64,000 nt of DNA from Chloroflexota bacterium (GCA_005881435.1 VBHP01000029.1:816-64815); one strand, 5' to 3'. Shown: positions 36,654 through 46,583, numbered from the stretch's first letter. Made by a program: numbers and translations. Notes: a model not told the origin generated them from the letters alone.

Positions 36654-37718
36654 CTAATCCGGCGGGACGAGGCCCTGCACCGCGACGTCATCGCCGAGGC
36701 GGAACACGCGGCTCTGACGCAACGCGATCGCCTCGATCGTGCCGCCGAGCGCAGGTAGACCCGCGTCGCCGACGACCAGTGGCGCATAGAGGAAGAGCGC
36801 CTCGTCGACCAACGCCGCGCGCAGCATCGCGGTCGCCACCGTCGGGCCGGCCTCGAGCAGCACGGAGAGGACGTCGTGCTTGTCCAGCCACCCCAGCGCG
36901 GCCCGGAGGTCCACGCCACGATCGGCGCGCGGGATCTCGACGACGCGCGCCCCGGCATCGCGCAGTCCGCGCACGCAACCGGCATCGGCGCCTTCGCCGA
37001 CGAACACGACGGCGCGGCCGTCATTTCCGATCACGCGCGCGGCCGGCGGCGTGCGCGCCCCGGCGTCGAGGACCACGCGAAGCGGGTCGCGGCCGCGGAC
37101 GTCGCGAACGGTCAGCTGCGGATCGTCCGCCAGGACGGTCCCGATCCCGACGAGCACCGCGTCGCTTTGATCGCGCAGCCGGTGCACCTGACGGCGCGCT
37201 TCCGGACCAGTGAGATAGCGGCGGCCGGGTGCGGTGACGCGACCGTCGAGCGACAGCGCGAGTTTCAGCAGCACCCAGGGCAGGCGCGTGCGGAGATGCT
37301 TGAAGAACGCCCGATTCAGCGCGCGAGCGTCCTCCTCGAGCACGCCCTCGGTCAGCTCGACCCCGGCCTGCTGCAGTCGGGCGATGCCACGGCCGTCGAC
37401 ACGCGGATCCGGATCGCGCGTGGCGACCACGACCCGCGACACTCCCGCGGCGAGGATCGCGTCGACGCACGGCGGCGTGCGCCCGACGTGAACGCAGGGC
37501 TCGAGAGTCGCGTACAGCGTGGCGCCGCGTGCCTTCGGGCCCGCGCGCTCGATCGCGATCACCTCGGCGTGCGGCTCGCCGGCGCGCTGGTGCCAGCCCT
37601 CGCCGACGACCTGCTCGCCGCTGACCACGACGCTGCCGACCGCAGGGTTCGGGCTGGTCCGTCCGAGCCCGCGGCGCGCCAGCGACAGCGCCCGGCGCAT
37701 GTAAATCTCGTCACGCAC
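36654..37718 (-). CDS. ribD: Riboflavin biosynthesis deaminase/reductase
   Basis: PNPAVG, HAE, TLEPCVHVGRTPPC, KLALSLDG and DDPQLT motifs. Confidence 0.95.
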   Translation of the reverse strand: MRDEIYMRRALSLARRGLGRTSPNPAVGSVVVSGEQVVGEGWHQRAGEPHAEVIAIERAGPKARGATLYATLEPCVHVGRTPPCVDAILAAGVSRVVVATRDPDPRVDGRGIARLQQAGVELTEGVLEEDARALNRAFFKHLRTRLPWVLLKLALSLDGRVTAPGRRYLTGPEARRQVHRLRDQSDAVLVGIGTVLADDPQLTVRDVRGRDPLRVVLDAGARTPPAARVIGNDGRAVVFVGEGADAGCVRGLRDAGARVVEIPRADRGVDLRAALGWLDKHDVLSVLLEAGPTVATAMLRAALVDEALFLYAPLVVGDAGLPALGGTIEAIALRQSRVFRLGDDVAVQGLVPPD

Positions 37719-37752
37719 AGATCGAGGATATGTGAGTACTCTGTCCGCTCCT

Positions 37753-38778
37753 ATGACCACCACGCTTCCGGATATCGACGCAGTCACGCAGCGGCTCCCG
37801 CCGGGTTACCGCGCGCGACCCTTCCGCGACGAGGACCGCGAGCCGCTCACTGCGGCCCGCAACGCTGAGCTGCCCGAGGTCGAGCAGCAGAGCGCTGCGG
37901 AGTGGCGCGAGTGGGAGCGGCTGGTGCCCGACCCGGCGCAGGTCCGCGTCATCGTCGAGACCGGCGCCAGCGACGAGATCGCGGCGTTCCTCAACGTCGG
38001 CAACGGCGGCCCGTTCCGCGCCCCGGACGGCAGCGCCCGCGGCGGCATCGATGTCGCTCGCGCGCACCGGCGCAAAGGCCTGGGCGGCGCGCTGCTGCCG
38101 TTCCTGGAGGAAGAGGCACGACGGCTCAGCGCGCCAAAGCTGTACTCCGGTGTGAGCGCGCGCGAGCCGGAGAGCCTGTCGTGGGCCCAAGCGCGCGGCT
38201 TCAAAGAAATCGGCCGTCGCATCGAGGCGGCCATCGATCTCGACGCTTTCGAGCCCGCGAAGTGGGAGGAACGCGCGCGCAAGACGATCGAGCAGGGGAT
38301 CCGGCTCGTCTCGCTGGACAGCCTGAGGCAGGAGCTGGACGACGCGCGCTTCGAGGCGTTGACGCGCGAGATCTACGACGTCGAAGCCGAGGCCTGGGAG
38401 GACGTCCCCGTGGCGGGCCCGTTCCCGCACTGGCAGTACGACGTGTTCCGCCGCCTGATGCTCGAGTCACCCTCGAGCGCGCTGGATCTGGACATCCTCG
38501 CGCTGGACGGCGACAAGCTCGTGGCCTTCACCTCGAGCTACCGCAATCAGGGCGGCAAGAAGGGCGGCACCGGCTTTACCGGAACGCTCCGCTCGCATCG
38601 CGGTCGCGGCATCGCCTTCACGCTGAAGGTCGACGTCCTCGGACGCGCGAAGAACAGCGGTCTGCGCTGGATGCTCACCACCAACGACGAGCCGAACAAG
38701 GCGATGCGCGGCATCAACTACACGCTCGGATACGAGCCGCTGCCCGCGCACATCCAGCTGGAGAAGCAGCTGTCGTAG
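37753..38778 (+). CDS. Tandem-domain GNAT acetyltransferase
   Basis: Two acetyl-CoA loops (HRRKGLG, HRGRGIA); TTNDEPNKAMRGIN motif. Confidence 0.85.
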   Translation: MTTTLPDIDAVTQRLPPGYRARPFRDEDREPLTAARNAELPEVEQQSAAEWREWERLVPDPAQVRVIVETGASDEIAAFLNVGNGGPFRAPDGSARGGIDVARAHRRKGLGGALLPFLEEEARRLSAPKLYSGVSAREPESLSWAQARGFKEIGRRIEAAIDLDAFEPAKWEERARKTIEQGIRLVSLDSLRQELDDARFEALTREIYDVEAEAWEDVPVAGPFPHWQYDVFRRLMLESPSSALDLDILALDGDKLVAFTSSYRNQGGKKGGTGFTGTLRSHRGRGIAFTLKVDVLGRAKNSGLRWMLTTNDEPNKAMRGINYTLGYEPLPAHIQLEKQLS

Positions 38779-38799
38779 GGGCGTCACAAAAAAAGGCGT

Positions 38800-38828
38800 T
38801 TGCATAATTATGCACCACCGTGCATACT
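38800..38828 (+). promoter_or_regulatory. ARG box overlapping the argC promoter
   Basis: Perfect palindrome TGCATAATTATGCA (38801-14) plus a TGCATA half-site at 38821; TTGCAT-N17-CATACT; argR is in the operon. Confidence 0.85.
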
Positions 38829-38834
38829 GGGTCG

Positions 38835-39854
38835 GTGCGCGCGGTCGCCATCGTCGGCGCCACCGGCTACGCGGGCGGTGAGCTCGCTCGCCTCCTGCTG
38901 CGGCACCCGCACGTACGCATCGTGTCCGCGGTCGCACGCAGCCATCAGGGTCAGCCACTTCGCAGCGTGCAGCCGCAGCTGCACGACGCCCCCGACGATC
39001 TGACGATCTCAGCCGATATCGGCGAGGCCGAGATCGTCTTCACCGCGCTTCCCGCCGGTGAGGCCGCTAAACGCGCACCGGCGTGGATCGCGGATGGTCG
39101 GACCGTCATCGACATCGGCAGCGATTTCCGGCTGCAGCGGCCGGAGCTCTATCGCGAGTGGTACGGCTACGAGCATCCCGCGCCGGAGCTGCTCCCGCTC
39201 GCGGTGTACGGGCTGACCGAGCGCAATCGCGCGGCGTTGCGCGGCGCTCGGCTGATCGCGAATCCCGGTTGTTATCCGACCGCCGCACTTCTGGCGCTGC
39301 TGCCGGCCCTCGCGGCGGGTCTGACCGGCGAGGATGTGATCGTTGACGCGAAGTCGGGAGTCTCCGGGGCGGGGCATACGCTCGACGACGCGTTCCTTTT
39401 CGGCACCGTCGACGAGAGCGTGCGCGCGTACGGCCTTCCCAAACACCGCCACACCCCCGAGATCGAGCAGGAGATCGCGCGCGCGCTACACCGTGCGACA
39501 CGCTTGACCTTCACGCCGCACCTGGTCCCGATGACGCGCGGCCTGATGGCGACGTGTTACGCCGACGTGCGTCCGGGCGTGACCGCGGCGCAGATGCACG
39601 ACGCCTATGTCGCGGCGTACGGTGAGGAGCCCTTTGTTCGGATCGTCGACAGCCCGCCGGCGACGAAGGCCACACTCGGAAGCAACGTCTGCCTGGTCTT
39701 CGCCACCATCGACGAGCGCACACGACGTCTGGTGGCGATCGCCGCGCTCGACAACCTGGTCAAGGGCGCGGCAGGTTCGGCGATCCAGAACATGAATGTC
39801 GCGCTCGGCTATCCCGAGGACGCCGGTCTCCCGACCGCGGCGCTGTGGCCCTAG
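38835..39854 (+). CDS. argC: N-acetyl-gamma-glutamyl-phosphate reductase
   Basis: GATGYAG, ANPGCYPT, SGVSGAG and DNLVKGAAG motifs. Confidence 0.96.
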   Translation: MRAVAIVGATGYAGGELARLLLRHPHVRIVSAVARSHQGQPLRSVQPQLHDAPDDLTISADIGEAEIVFTALPAGEAAKRAPAWIADGRTVIDIGSDFRLQRPELYREWYGYEHPAPELLPLAVYGLTERNRAALRGARLIANPGCYPTAALLALLPALAAGLTGEDVIVDAKSGVSGAGHTLDDAFLFGTVDESVRAYGLPKHRHTPEIEQEIARALHRATRLTFTPHLVPMTRGLMATCYADVRPGVTAAQMHDAYVAAYGEEPFVRIVDSPPATKATLGSNVCLVFATIDERTRRLVAIAALDNLVKGAAGSAIQNMNVALGYPEDAGLPTAALWP

Positions 39855-39856
39855 CG

Positions 39857-41035
39857 ATGTCGATCACGTTCGCTGCCGGATTCACCGCCGGGGCCGTCGC
39901 GTGCGGCGTGAAGAGTGACGTACCCGAACGGCTCGATGTCGCGGTCGTCGCGTCGGATCGACCCTGCACCGTCGCGGCGCTCTACACCACGAACCGCGTG
40001 GTGGCGGCGCCGCTGGTGGTGACGCGCCGCCACCTCGCCGGCGCGCGACCGCGCGGGATCGTCGTGAATAGCGGAAACGCGAATGCCTGCACCGGCGAGC
40101 AGGGCGAGCGCGACGCCGAAGCGATGGCGACCGCGGCGGCGAACGCGATCGGCGCGCGGCCGGAGGAGCTGATCGTCGCGAGCACCGGCGTGATCGGCGT
40201 GCCACTGCCGGCGGAGCGGATCGCGCGGGGGCTGATGGGCTTGCGGCTGTCGCGCGAGGGCGCGTCCGACGCGGCTCGCGCCATCATGACCACGGACACG
40301 CGCCCGAAAACGTCGTCGCGTGAGGTCGCGTTGTCCGGTGGCACCGTGCGCATCGGCGGCATGGCCAAAGGCGCGGGCATGATCCATCCGAATCTCGCGA
40401 CCATGCTCGCGTTCGTCACCACCGACGCCGCGATCGAGGAGTCACTGCTCCGCGGATACACGTCCGAAGCGGCCGAGACGTCCTTCAACGCCGTCAGCGT
40501 CGACGGCGACACCTCGACGAACGACATGCTGGTCGTGCTCGCGAACGGCGCGTCGGGGACGCGCGTGTCCGGGCCCGATGGGACGGAGTTCCTGCACGCG
40601 CTGACCGAGGTGTGCGTCGAGCTCGCTGTCGCGATCGTCGCCGACGGCGAGGGCGCGACCAAGCTGGTGCAGGTAACGGTCTCCGGCGCGCGGAGCCGCG
40701 ACGACGCGCGCTCCGCGGCCCGCACGATCGTCGCGAGCTCTCTGGTGAAGGCGGCGATACACGGGGCCGACCCGAACTGGGGCCGCATCCTGGCGGCGGC
40801 CGGACGCTCAGGCGCGGAAGTGAACGATCGTCTCGCCAGCGTGCGCATCGCCGGCCACTGCGCCTTCGAGCGTGGGCGGCCGATGCCGCTCGATGCGGCC
40901 GCGGTGCGACACGCTCTGGAGCAGCGCTTTGTCGAGATCGAGCTCGAGCTCGGCCTCGGCGCCGACGGCGCGACGGCTTGGGGCTGCGACCTGTCGGCGG
41001 AGTACGTCCGCATCAATGCGGAATACACGACGTGA
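39857..41035 (+). CDS. argJ: Ornithine acetyltransferase
   Basis: NSGNANACTG, KGAGMIHPNLATM, DGDTSTND and DGEGATK motifs. Confidence 0.96.
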   Translation: MSITFAAGFTAGAVACGVKSDVPERLDVAVVASDRPCTVAALYTTNRVVAAPLVVTRRHLAGARPRGIVVNSGNANACTGEQGERDAEAMATAAANAIGARPEELIVASTGVIGVPLPAERIARGLMGLRLSREGASDAARAIMTTDTRPKTSSREVALSGGTVRIGGMAKGAGMIHPNLATMLAFVTTDAAIEESLLRGYTSEAAETSFNAVSVDGDTSTNDMLVVLANGASGTRVSGPDGTEFLHALTEVCVELAVAIVADGEGATKLVQVTVSGARSRDDARSAARTIVASSLVKAAIHGADPNWGRILAAAGRSGAEVNDRLASVRIAGHCAFERGRPMPLDAAAVRHALEQRFVEIELELGLGADGATAWGCDLSAEYVRINAEYTT

Positions 41036-41820
41036 AAGACGCTCAGTCCAGTGGCCGGCCGATGGTCATCAAGCTCGGCGGCGCGGCGGTCGGTGACGAA
41101 GACGCGGCGCTGGACTTCGTCGCCGAGCGTGCCGAGGCCGCGGACGCCATCGTCGTCGTACACGGCGGCGGGCCGCTCGTCGACGAGTGGTCCAAGCGGC
41201 TCGGCATCGAGACGCGCTTCGAGGACGGTCTGCGCGTCACCGACGAGCGGACGCGTGATGTCGCGCTGGCGGTGCTCGCCGGCCTCGCGAACAAACGTGT
41301 GGTCGCGGCGCTGTCGCGACGACGCGTCGATGCGGTCGGGATCTCCGGCGTGGATGCCGGCCTGCTCATCGTCGATCGTGCCGCGCCGTCCCTCGGTTTC
41401 GTCGGTCGCGTGCGCGCGGTCCGTCCCAAGGTCATCGACGCGCTCCTCGAAGCGCGCCTCGTGCCGGTCGTGGCGCCGGCAGCGGTGGCCAGCAGCGGCG
41501 GAGAGCTGCTCAACGTGAATGCCGACGAAGCCGCCGGCGCGATCGCTGCCGGCATCGGCGCGCGGCTCCTCCTGTTCGTCACCGACGTCAACGGCGTTCA
41601 GGACCGGAATGGCAGACGCATCGCACGACTCGATGCCGAGACGATCCGACGCCTCCGTGCCGAGCGGGTCGTGAGCGGCGGCATGCTGCCGAAGCTCGAG
41701 GCCGCGCTCGTCGCCGCGGCGGAGGGCTGCGTCGCCGCGATAGTCGGTGCCAGGGACCGCTCCGGCTTGCGCGCCCTGGCCGAGGGGCGCCAGGCCGGGA
41801 CGATGGTGAGCGCGGGCTGA
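41032..41820 (+). CDS. argB: Acetylglutamate kinase
   Basis: IKLGG, VHGGG, GLRVTD, NVNAD and GGMLPK motifs. Confidence 0.95.
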   Translation: MKDAQSSGRPMVIKLGGAAVGDEDAALDFVAERAEAADAIVVVHGGGPLVDEWSKRLGIETRFEDGLRVTDERTRDVALAVLAGLANKRVVAALSRRRVDAVGISGVDAGLLIVDRAAPSLGFVGRVRAVRPKVIDALLEARLVPVVAPAAVASSGGELLNVNADEAAGAIAAGIGARLLLFVTDVNGVQDRNGRRIARLDAETIRRLRAERVVSGGMLPKLEAALVAAAEGCVAAIVGARDRSGLRALAEGRQAGTMVSAG

Positions 41821-42314
41821 TGGCGTCGGATAAGCGCGTGCGCCAGCAGGCGATCCTCCGCGTCATCGGGATGCGGCCGGTGCGCACGCAGCAGGAGCTG
41901 GCCACCGCGCTTCGCCGGCAAGGCGTCGAGGCGACACAGGCGACGGTGTCGCGCGACATCGAGGAGCTCGGGCTGGTCAAGGTCCGCGGCGCGCGCGGCG
42001 AGCCGCACTACGAGGTCGCCTCGCGCAACACCATCGTCGACGCGCAGCAGGGCCCGAGCCGGTTGCGCCGGTTCTGCGAGGACTACGCCGTCGAGGGCGC
42101 TGTCTCGGAATCGTTGGTGGTGCTGCGCAGCACGCCCGGTTCAGCGAATGCGCTGGCTGCGGCGATCGACGCGTGCGCGCTGCGGCACGTCGTCGGCACC
42201 CTTGCCGGCGACGACACCGTCTTCCTGGCCACCGAGGGGACACGCTGGTCGCGCAACGTGCTCGAGCTGCTGAAGGAGTTCGGCGTGTCGGAACGGGACA
42301 AGCAGCATGCCTGA
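41820..42314 (+). CDS. argR: Arginine repressor
   Basis: TQQEL, TQATVSRDI and GTLAGDDT motifs. Confidence 0.95.
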   Translation: MASDKRVRQQAILRVIGMRPVRTQQELATALRRQGVEATQATVSRDIEELGLVKVRGARGEPHYEVASRNTIVDAQQGPSRLRRFCEDYAVEGAVSESLVVLRSTPGSANALAAAIDACALRHVVGTLAGDDTVFLATEGTRWSRNVLELLKEFGVSERDKQHA

Positions 42315-43623
42315 GCGCTGCGTGCTGGCGTACTCGGGCGGGCTCGACACGTCCGTCGCCGTCGCCTGGATCCGCGAGACGTACGGCTATGACGTCGTGA
42401 CCTGCACGGCCGATCTCGGCAACGTCGCCGATCTGAATGCGGTGCAGCAAAAGGCCATCGCCTCGGGTGCCGCCAAGGCCGTGGTCGTGGACGCGCGCGA
42501 CGTCTTCGTGACGTTCTTCGTCTGGCCGGCGCTGCAAGCCGGCGCGCTGTATCAGGACAAGTACCCGCTCGCGACCGCGCTGGGGCGGCCGCTCATCGCC
42601 AAGCTGCTCGTCGACACCGCCCGCGACGAGGGCGCGAAGTATGTCGCGCACGGCAGCACCGGCAAGGGGAACGATCAGGTGCGCTTCGACCTGGCCGTCC
42701 ACGCGCTTGCGCCGGATCTCGTCGTCGTCGCACCGATGCGCGGCGGCATGAACATGTCGCGGGAAGAGGAGATGGCGTACGCGAAGCAGCGCGCCATCCC
42801 CGTTCCGGTGACGAAGAAGAGTCCGTACAGCGTCGACGAGAACCTGTGGGGACGGTCGATCGAGGCGGGCGTGCTCGAGGACCCGTGGCAGGCGCCGCCG
42901 AGAGACGTGTACCAGTGGACCGTCGATCCGAATGAAGCCCCCGAGCGGCCGTCCGTCGCCGTCGTCGGCTTCGAGCAGGGCGTGCCGGTCAGCCTCGACG
43001 GCAAACCGCTCACCGGTCCGGCGCTGATCGAAGCGCTCAACGCCCTCGCCGGAAAGCACGGCGTCGGGAGGATCGACATGGTCGAAGACCGGCTGGTCGG
43101 GATCAAGTCCCGCGAGATCTACGAGGCGCCGGCGGCGGTGACCCTACACGCGGCACATATGGCGCTAGAGGAGATGGTGCTGTCGCGCGACGTGCAGCGC
43201 TTCAAACGACAGGTCGCGCAGGAATACGCACGCGTCGTGTACGAGGGGCTGTGGTTCAGCGCGCACCATCAGGACCTCGCGGCGTACGTGCGCTCGACCC
43301 AGCGCTTCGTCAGCGGTGAGGTCAAGCTGCAGCTGCATCGCGGCGCCGTGACCGTCGTCGGCAGAAAGAGCCCGAATGCCCTGTACCAGGAGGCGCTGGC
43401 GACGTACTCGAAGGCGGACCGCTTCGACCACAAGGCCGCGGAGGGATTCATCACCGTCTTCGGCCTGCCGCTGCGGACGCAGGCGCGCGCGCAGCGGCTG
43501 TGGGCCGCGGACGACACCGCGGCGCTCGATGTGCCGCGGCGAGCGATCGAGGCTCCGGCGTCGGCGCCGGCGGTCAAGCGGAAGCAGCGCGCCTCGCAGC
43601 CGCGCCCGAAGCTGGGGCGATGA
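42307..43623 (+). CDS. argG: Argininosuccinate synthase
   Basis: AYSGGLDTS, HGSTGKGNDQVRF and GIKSREIYE motifs. Confidence 0.97.
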   Translation: MPERCVLAYSGGLDTSVAVAWIRETYGYDVVTCTADLGNVADLNAVQQKAIASGAAKAVVVDARDVFVTFFVWPALQAGALYQDKYPLATALGRPLIAKLLVDTARDEGAKYVAHGSTGKGNDQVRFDLAVHALAPDLVVVAPMRGGMNMSREEEMAYAKQRAIPVPVTKKSPYSVDENLWGRSIEAGVLEDPWQAPPRDVYQWTVDPNEAPERPSVAVVGFEQGVPVSLDGKPLTGPALIEALNALAGKHGVGRIDMVEDRLVGIKSREIYEAPAAVTLHAAHMALEEMVLSRDVQRFKRQVAQEYARVVYEGLWFSAHHQDLAAYVRSTQRFVSGEVKLQLHRGAVTVVGRKSPNALYQEALATYSKADRFDHKAAEGFITVFGLPLRTQARAQRLWAADDTAALDVPRRAIEAPASAPAVKRKQRASQPRPKLGR

Positions 43624-45008
43624 CGTTGTGGGGCTCGCGGATGTCCGCGCCACTCGACCCGCGCGTACGCGAGTTCACCGCGTCGCTCGAGGCGGACAAG
43701 CGGCTCGCGCCGTATGACCTCAAAGGCTCGCTGGCGCACGCCCGCATGCTGAAGCGGCAACGCATCCTCGATGCCGCGACGGCCGATCGCATCGTGGCCG
43801 GGCTCGAGGAGATCGCAAGGGAAATCGAGCAGGCCTCCTTCCCATGGCCGGATGACGCCGAGGACGTGCATTCCGCCGTGGAGGCGCGCCTGCGTGAGAA
43901 GATCGGCGACGCCGCCGGTGCGCTCCACACGGCGCGCAGCCGGAACGATCAGGTCGCCCTCGCGCTGCGGCTCTTCACGCTCGACGCGATCGACGGCGTC
44001 GACGATGCGCTCGACGATCTGCAGACGGCACTCCTGGATGTCGCGCGCGAGCACGTGGACGCGGTGCTGCCGGGCTACACCCATCTGCAGCGCGCGCAAC
44101 CGATCTCGCTGGCGCACCACCTGTTGGCCCACGTCGAGGCGTTCGATCGCGATCGAGCCCGTCTCGGCGAGGCCCGCGCGCGTGTCGGCGTCTCGCCGCT
44201 GGGCGCCGGGGCACTGGCGGGCACGTCGCATCCGATCGATCCGCGCTCGGTCGCCGACGACCTCGGCCTGCTCGGCACGTTCCGGAACAGCGTCGATGCC
44301 GTATCCGAGCGCGACTTCGTCGCGGAGTTCGTCTTCTGCTGCGCGCTCGCGGCCGTGCACGCCTCGCGGCTGGCCGAGGAGATCGTGCTGTGGACGTCGA
44401 GCGAGTTCGCCTTCGCGCAGCTCGACGATCGTCTGACGACCGGCTCGAGCATCATGCCGCAGAAAAAGAATGCCGACGCGGCCGAGCTGATCCGCGCCCG
44501 CAGCGCGCGCGGCATCGGCGCCGTCACCGCGATCCTGGCGCTGCTGAAGGGTCTGCCCCTGGCCTATGACCGCGACCTGCAAGAGGATCGCGCCGCCTTG
44601 TACGAAGCCTTCGACGTCGCGCGCGACGGTGCCCACATGCTCGCCACGCTAATGCGCGGGCTCCACTTCGATCACGCCGCAATGCGGCGCGCGTGCGAGC
44701 GCGGCTACCTCACGGCGACGGAGCTCGCCGACCATCTGGTGCGGGCCGGGGTGCCGTTCCGTGACGCGCACGCCGTCGTGGGCAGGATCGTGCGCGAGCT
44801 TTCGGAGCGTGACCGCTCGCTCGAATCGCTGACCCTGGAGGAGCTTCGTCGCTACCACCCGCGCTTCGGCGCGAGCGCGCTGGAGGAGGTCACGGTCGAG
44901 CATGCCCTCGCGTCGCGCTCGTCTCCCGGCGGCACCGCTCCGGTCCGCGTCCGCGAAGCGCTGGCCGCCGCCGACGCGCGCCGCCGGGCTCGGGCGGGCG
45001 AACGATGA
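43620..45008 (+). CDS. argH: Argininosuccinate lyase
   Basis: RSRNDQV, PGYTHLQRAQP and TGSSIMPQKKN motifs. Confidence 0.97.
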   Translation: MTLWGSRMSAPLDPRVREFTASLEADKRLAPYDLKGSLAHARMLKRQRILDAATADRIVAGLEEIAREIEQASFPWPDDAEDVHSAVEARLREKIGDAAGALHTARSRNDQVALALRLFTLDAIDGVDDALDDLQTALLDVAREHVDAVLPGYTHLQRAQPISLAHHLLAHVEAFDRDRARLGEARARVGVSPLGAGALAGTSHPIDPRSVADDLGLLGTFRNSVDAVSERDFVAEFVFCCALAAVHASRLAEEIVLWTSSEFAFAQLDDRLTTGSSIMPQKKNADAAELIRARSARGIGAVTAILALLKGLPLAYDRDLQEDRAALYEAFDVARDGAHMLATLMRGLHFDHAAMRRACERGYLTATELADHLVRAGVPFRDAHAVVGRIVRELSERDRSLESLTLEELRRYHPRFGASALEEVTVEHALASRSSPGGTAPVRVREALAAADARRRARAGER

Positions 45009-45547
45009 GCGCGGAGCCGATCCGGAAGGCCCGCGCCGGCGACGTCGCGGCGATGCGCGAAACCATCAACGCGTATGCCCGCGAGGATCGGATGCTCGAA
45101 CGGAGCGACGAGTTTCTGTTCGAGAACCTGCGCGATTTCAGCGTCGCCGAGGTCGGCGGCGCGTTCGCCGGCTGCTGCGCGCTCCATGTGCTGACACCGG
45201 ATCTGGCCGAGATCCGTTCTCTCGCCGTGCCGCACGCGTTCGAAGGGCGCGGATTCGGTAGGCGTCTGCTGCAGGCTTGCATCGTCGAGGCTCGCGAGTT
45301 GGGGCTGCGCCGCGTCTTCGCCCTCACGCTCGTGCCCGACTTCTTCTCCAAATGCGGTTTCACGGTGACGAGCCTGGCCCACCTCTCGGAGAAGAGCGCA
45401 GCCGAGTGTCCGATCTGTCCCAAGCGCTTCGCCTGCGACGAGGTCGCGCTGGTGCTGCATCTCGACGGCTCAAAGCCGCTGCCGCTCGCAGCCAACGAGC
45501 CGGTCGGCTACACGAGGCTGTTCCTGCACATGGAGCCGCGCTCCTGA
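45005..45547 (+). CDS. argA: Short GNAT-type N-acetylglutamate synthase
   Basis: LAEIRSLAV, GRGFG, FALT and CPICPK..CDE motifs; coupled to argH. Confidence 0.75.
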   Translation: MSAEPIRKARAGDVAAMRETINAYAREDRMLERSDEFLFENLRDFSVAEVGGAFAGCCALHVLTPDLAEIRSLAVPHAFEGRGFGRRLLQACIVEARELGLRRVFALTLVPDFFSKCGFTVTSLAHLSEKSAAECPICPKRFACDEVALVLHLDGSKPLPLAANEPVGYTRLFLHMEPRS

Positions 45548-46044
45548 GCCTCATCGTCGTCGACGAGCCACAGGATCGCCCGGCCTGGATCCGGGAGACC
45601 GTCGCGCTCGTCGCGGCACGAGTCCGCGCCGAGCGCGCGCGACTGATGGCCCGCGTCGCCGCGGCGTCCGAGGCGGAGATCGGCGCGGGCGGCGACGACG
45701 ACTGGGGGCTCGGCCAGATCGCGGTCCATCTCCTCGTCGTCGAACGTGGCGTGTTCTCGATCGCCGGCCGCCTGGCGCGGGGCGAGGCGGTCGACCGCGG
45801 CACCGGACAGCCTCGTCCGCCGGTGAGCGGCGTCTCACGCGACGGCATCGCGACGCTGTCGCAAAAGGCCGAGCGCGATCTCACCACGTTCGCGGCCGGC
45901 TTCCCCGCGGAGCCCGATGTAACCGCGACCGCTCGGCATCCCTTCTATGGCCGGCTGAATTGCTTCGGCTGGCTGCTCACGCAGCTGAGCCATTACGCGG
46001 CGCATCTCGAGGCGCTCGAGCGCGGGACGAAGAGCGCGCTGTAG
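45544..46044 (+). CDS. DinB/YfiT-like metal-binding protein; probable CTG start (CTGA overlap)
   Basis: W..GQIAVHL, HPFYG and HYAAH motifs. Confidence 0.7.
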   Translation: MSLIVVDEPQDRPAWIRETVALVAARVRAERARLMARVAAASEAEIGAGGDDDWGLGQIAVHLLVVERGVFSIAGRLARGEAVDRGTGQPRPPVSGVSRDGIATLSQKAERDLTTFAAGFPAEPDVTATARHPFYGRLNCFGWLLTQLSHYAAHLEALERGTKSAL

Positions 46045-46433
46045 TGCCGGCCTCGCGGTCGCTGCGCTTCTTCATCGGCGCGTTCAACACGGTCGCTGCC
46101 GCCGGCCTCGCCGCGTACACGTCGGCGTTTCCGCTCGCTTTCGTGCCCCGCCCGCAGCTCGCCTTCCACGTCACGACGTCGTGGCTCGCGGTGCTGGCCG
46201 CGCTCGTGGCGACGATCTCGATCGCGTTCGATCTCGCGGTCCTGGCGTGGGTCGCCGTCGGCTACCTGGTGTGGATCGCGCTGCTCGCGGGGCACGCGCT
46301 CTCACTCGTCTACCTCGCCCTGGCCGTGTCTCTGGCGCCGGTGGTGCCTCGTCCGCAGCGTTCGTTGGGGCAGGGGATGGCTGTCGCGGCGATCACGGTC
46401 GCTGCGATCGCTATCGCTCGAGGCTTCTTCTGA
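46044..46433 (+). CDS. Hypothetical membrane protein
   Basis: TAGTG overlap; several hydrophobic helices. Confidence 0.6.
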   Translation: MPASRSLRFFIGAFNTVAAAGLAAYTSAFPLAFVPRPQLAFHVTTSWLAVLAALVATISIAFDLAVLAWVAVGYLVWIALLAGHALSLVYLALAVSLAPVVPRPQRSLGQGMAVAAITVAAIAIARGFF

Positions 46434-46435
46434 AT

Positions 46436-46449
46436 CGAACGTACGTTCT
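46436..46449. promoter_or_regulatory. Putative LexA (SOS) box
   Basis: CGAAC-GTAC-GTTCT matches the Gram-positive/Chloroflexi GAAC-N4-GTTC consensus in an AT-richer intergenic region. Confidence 0.6.
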
Positions 46450-46583
46450 AAGATTACACCAGAGCGATAACGCTGGCGCAGGCAACGCAAGACCGCCGGA
46501 GATGCGGTCTTGACGGCGCACTATAGATGTAATCACCATCGGTGTAACAGCTTCCCGGAACGTGGAAGCAAGCAGGAGGGCAT

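Noticed and set aside
37719-37752. FMN riboswitch upstream of ribD
   Set aside because: Only 34 bp separate ribD from the divergent GNAT gene, and ribD looks leaderless.
46302-46490. 62-aa minus-strand ORF across the LexA box
   Set aside because: It starts upstream of the putative promoter, has no SD and is largely antisense to a membrane gene.
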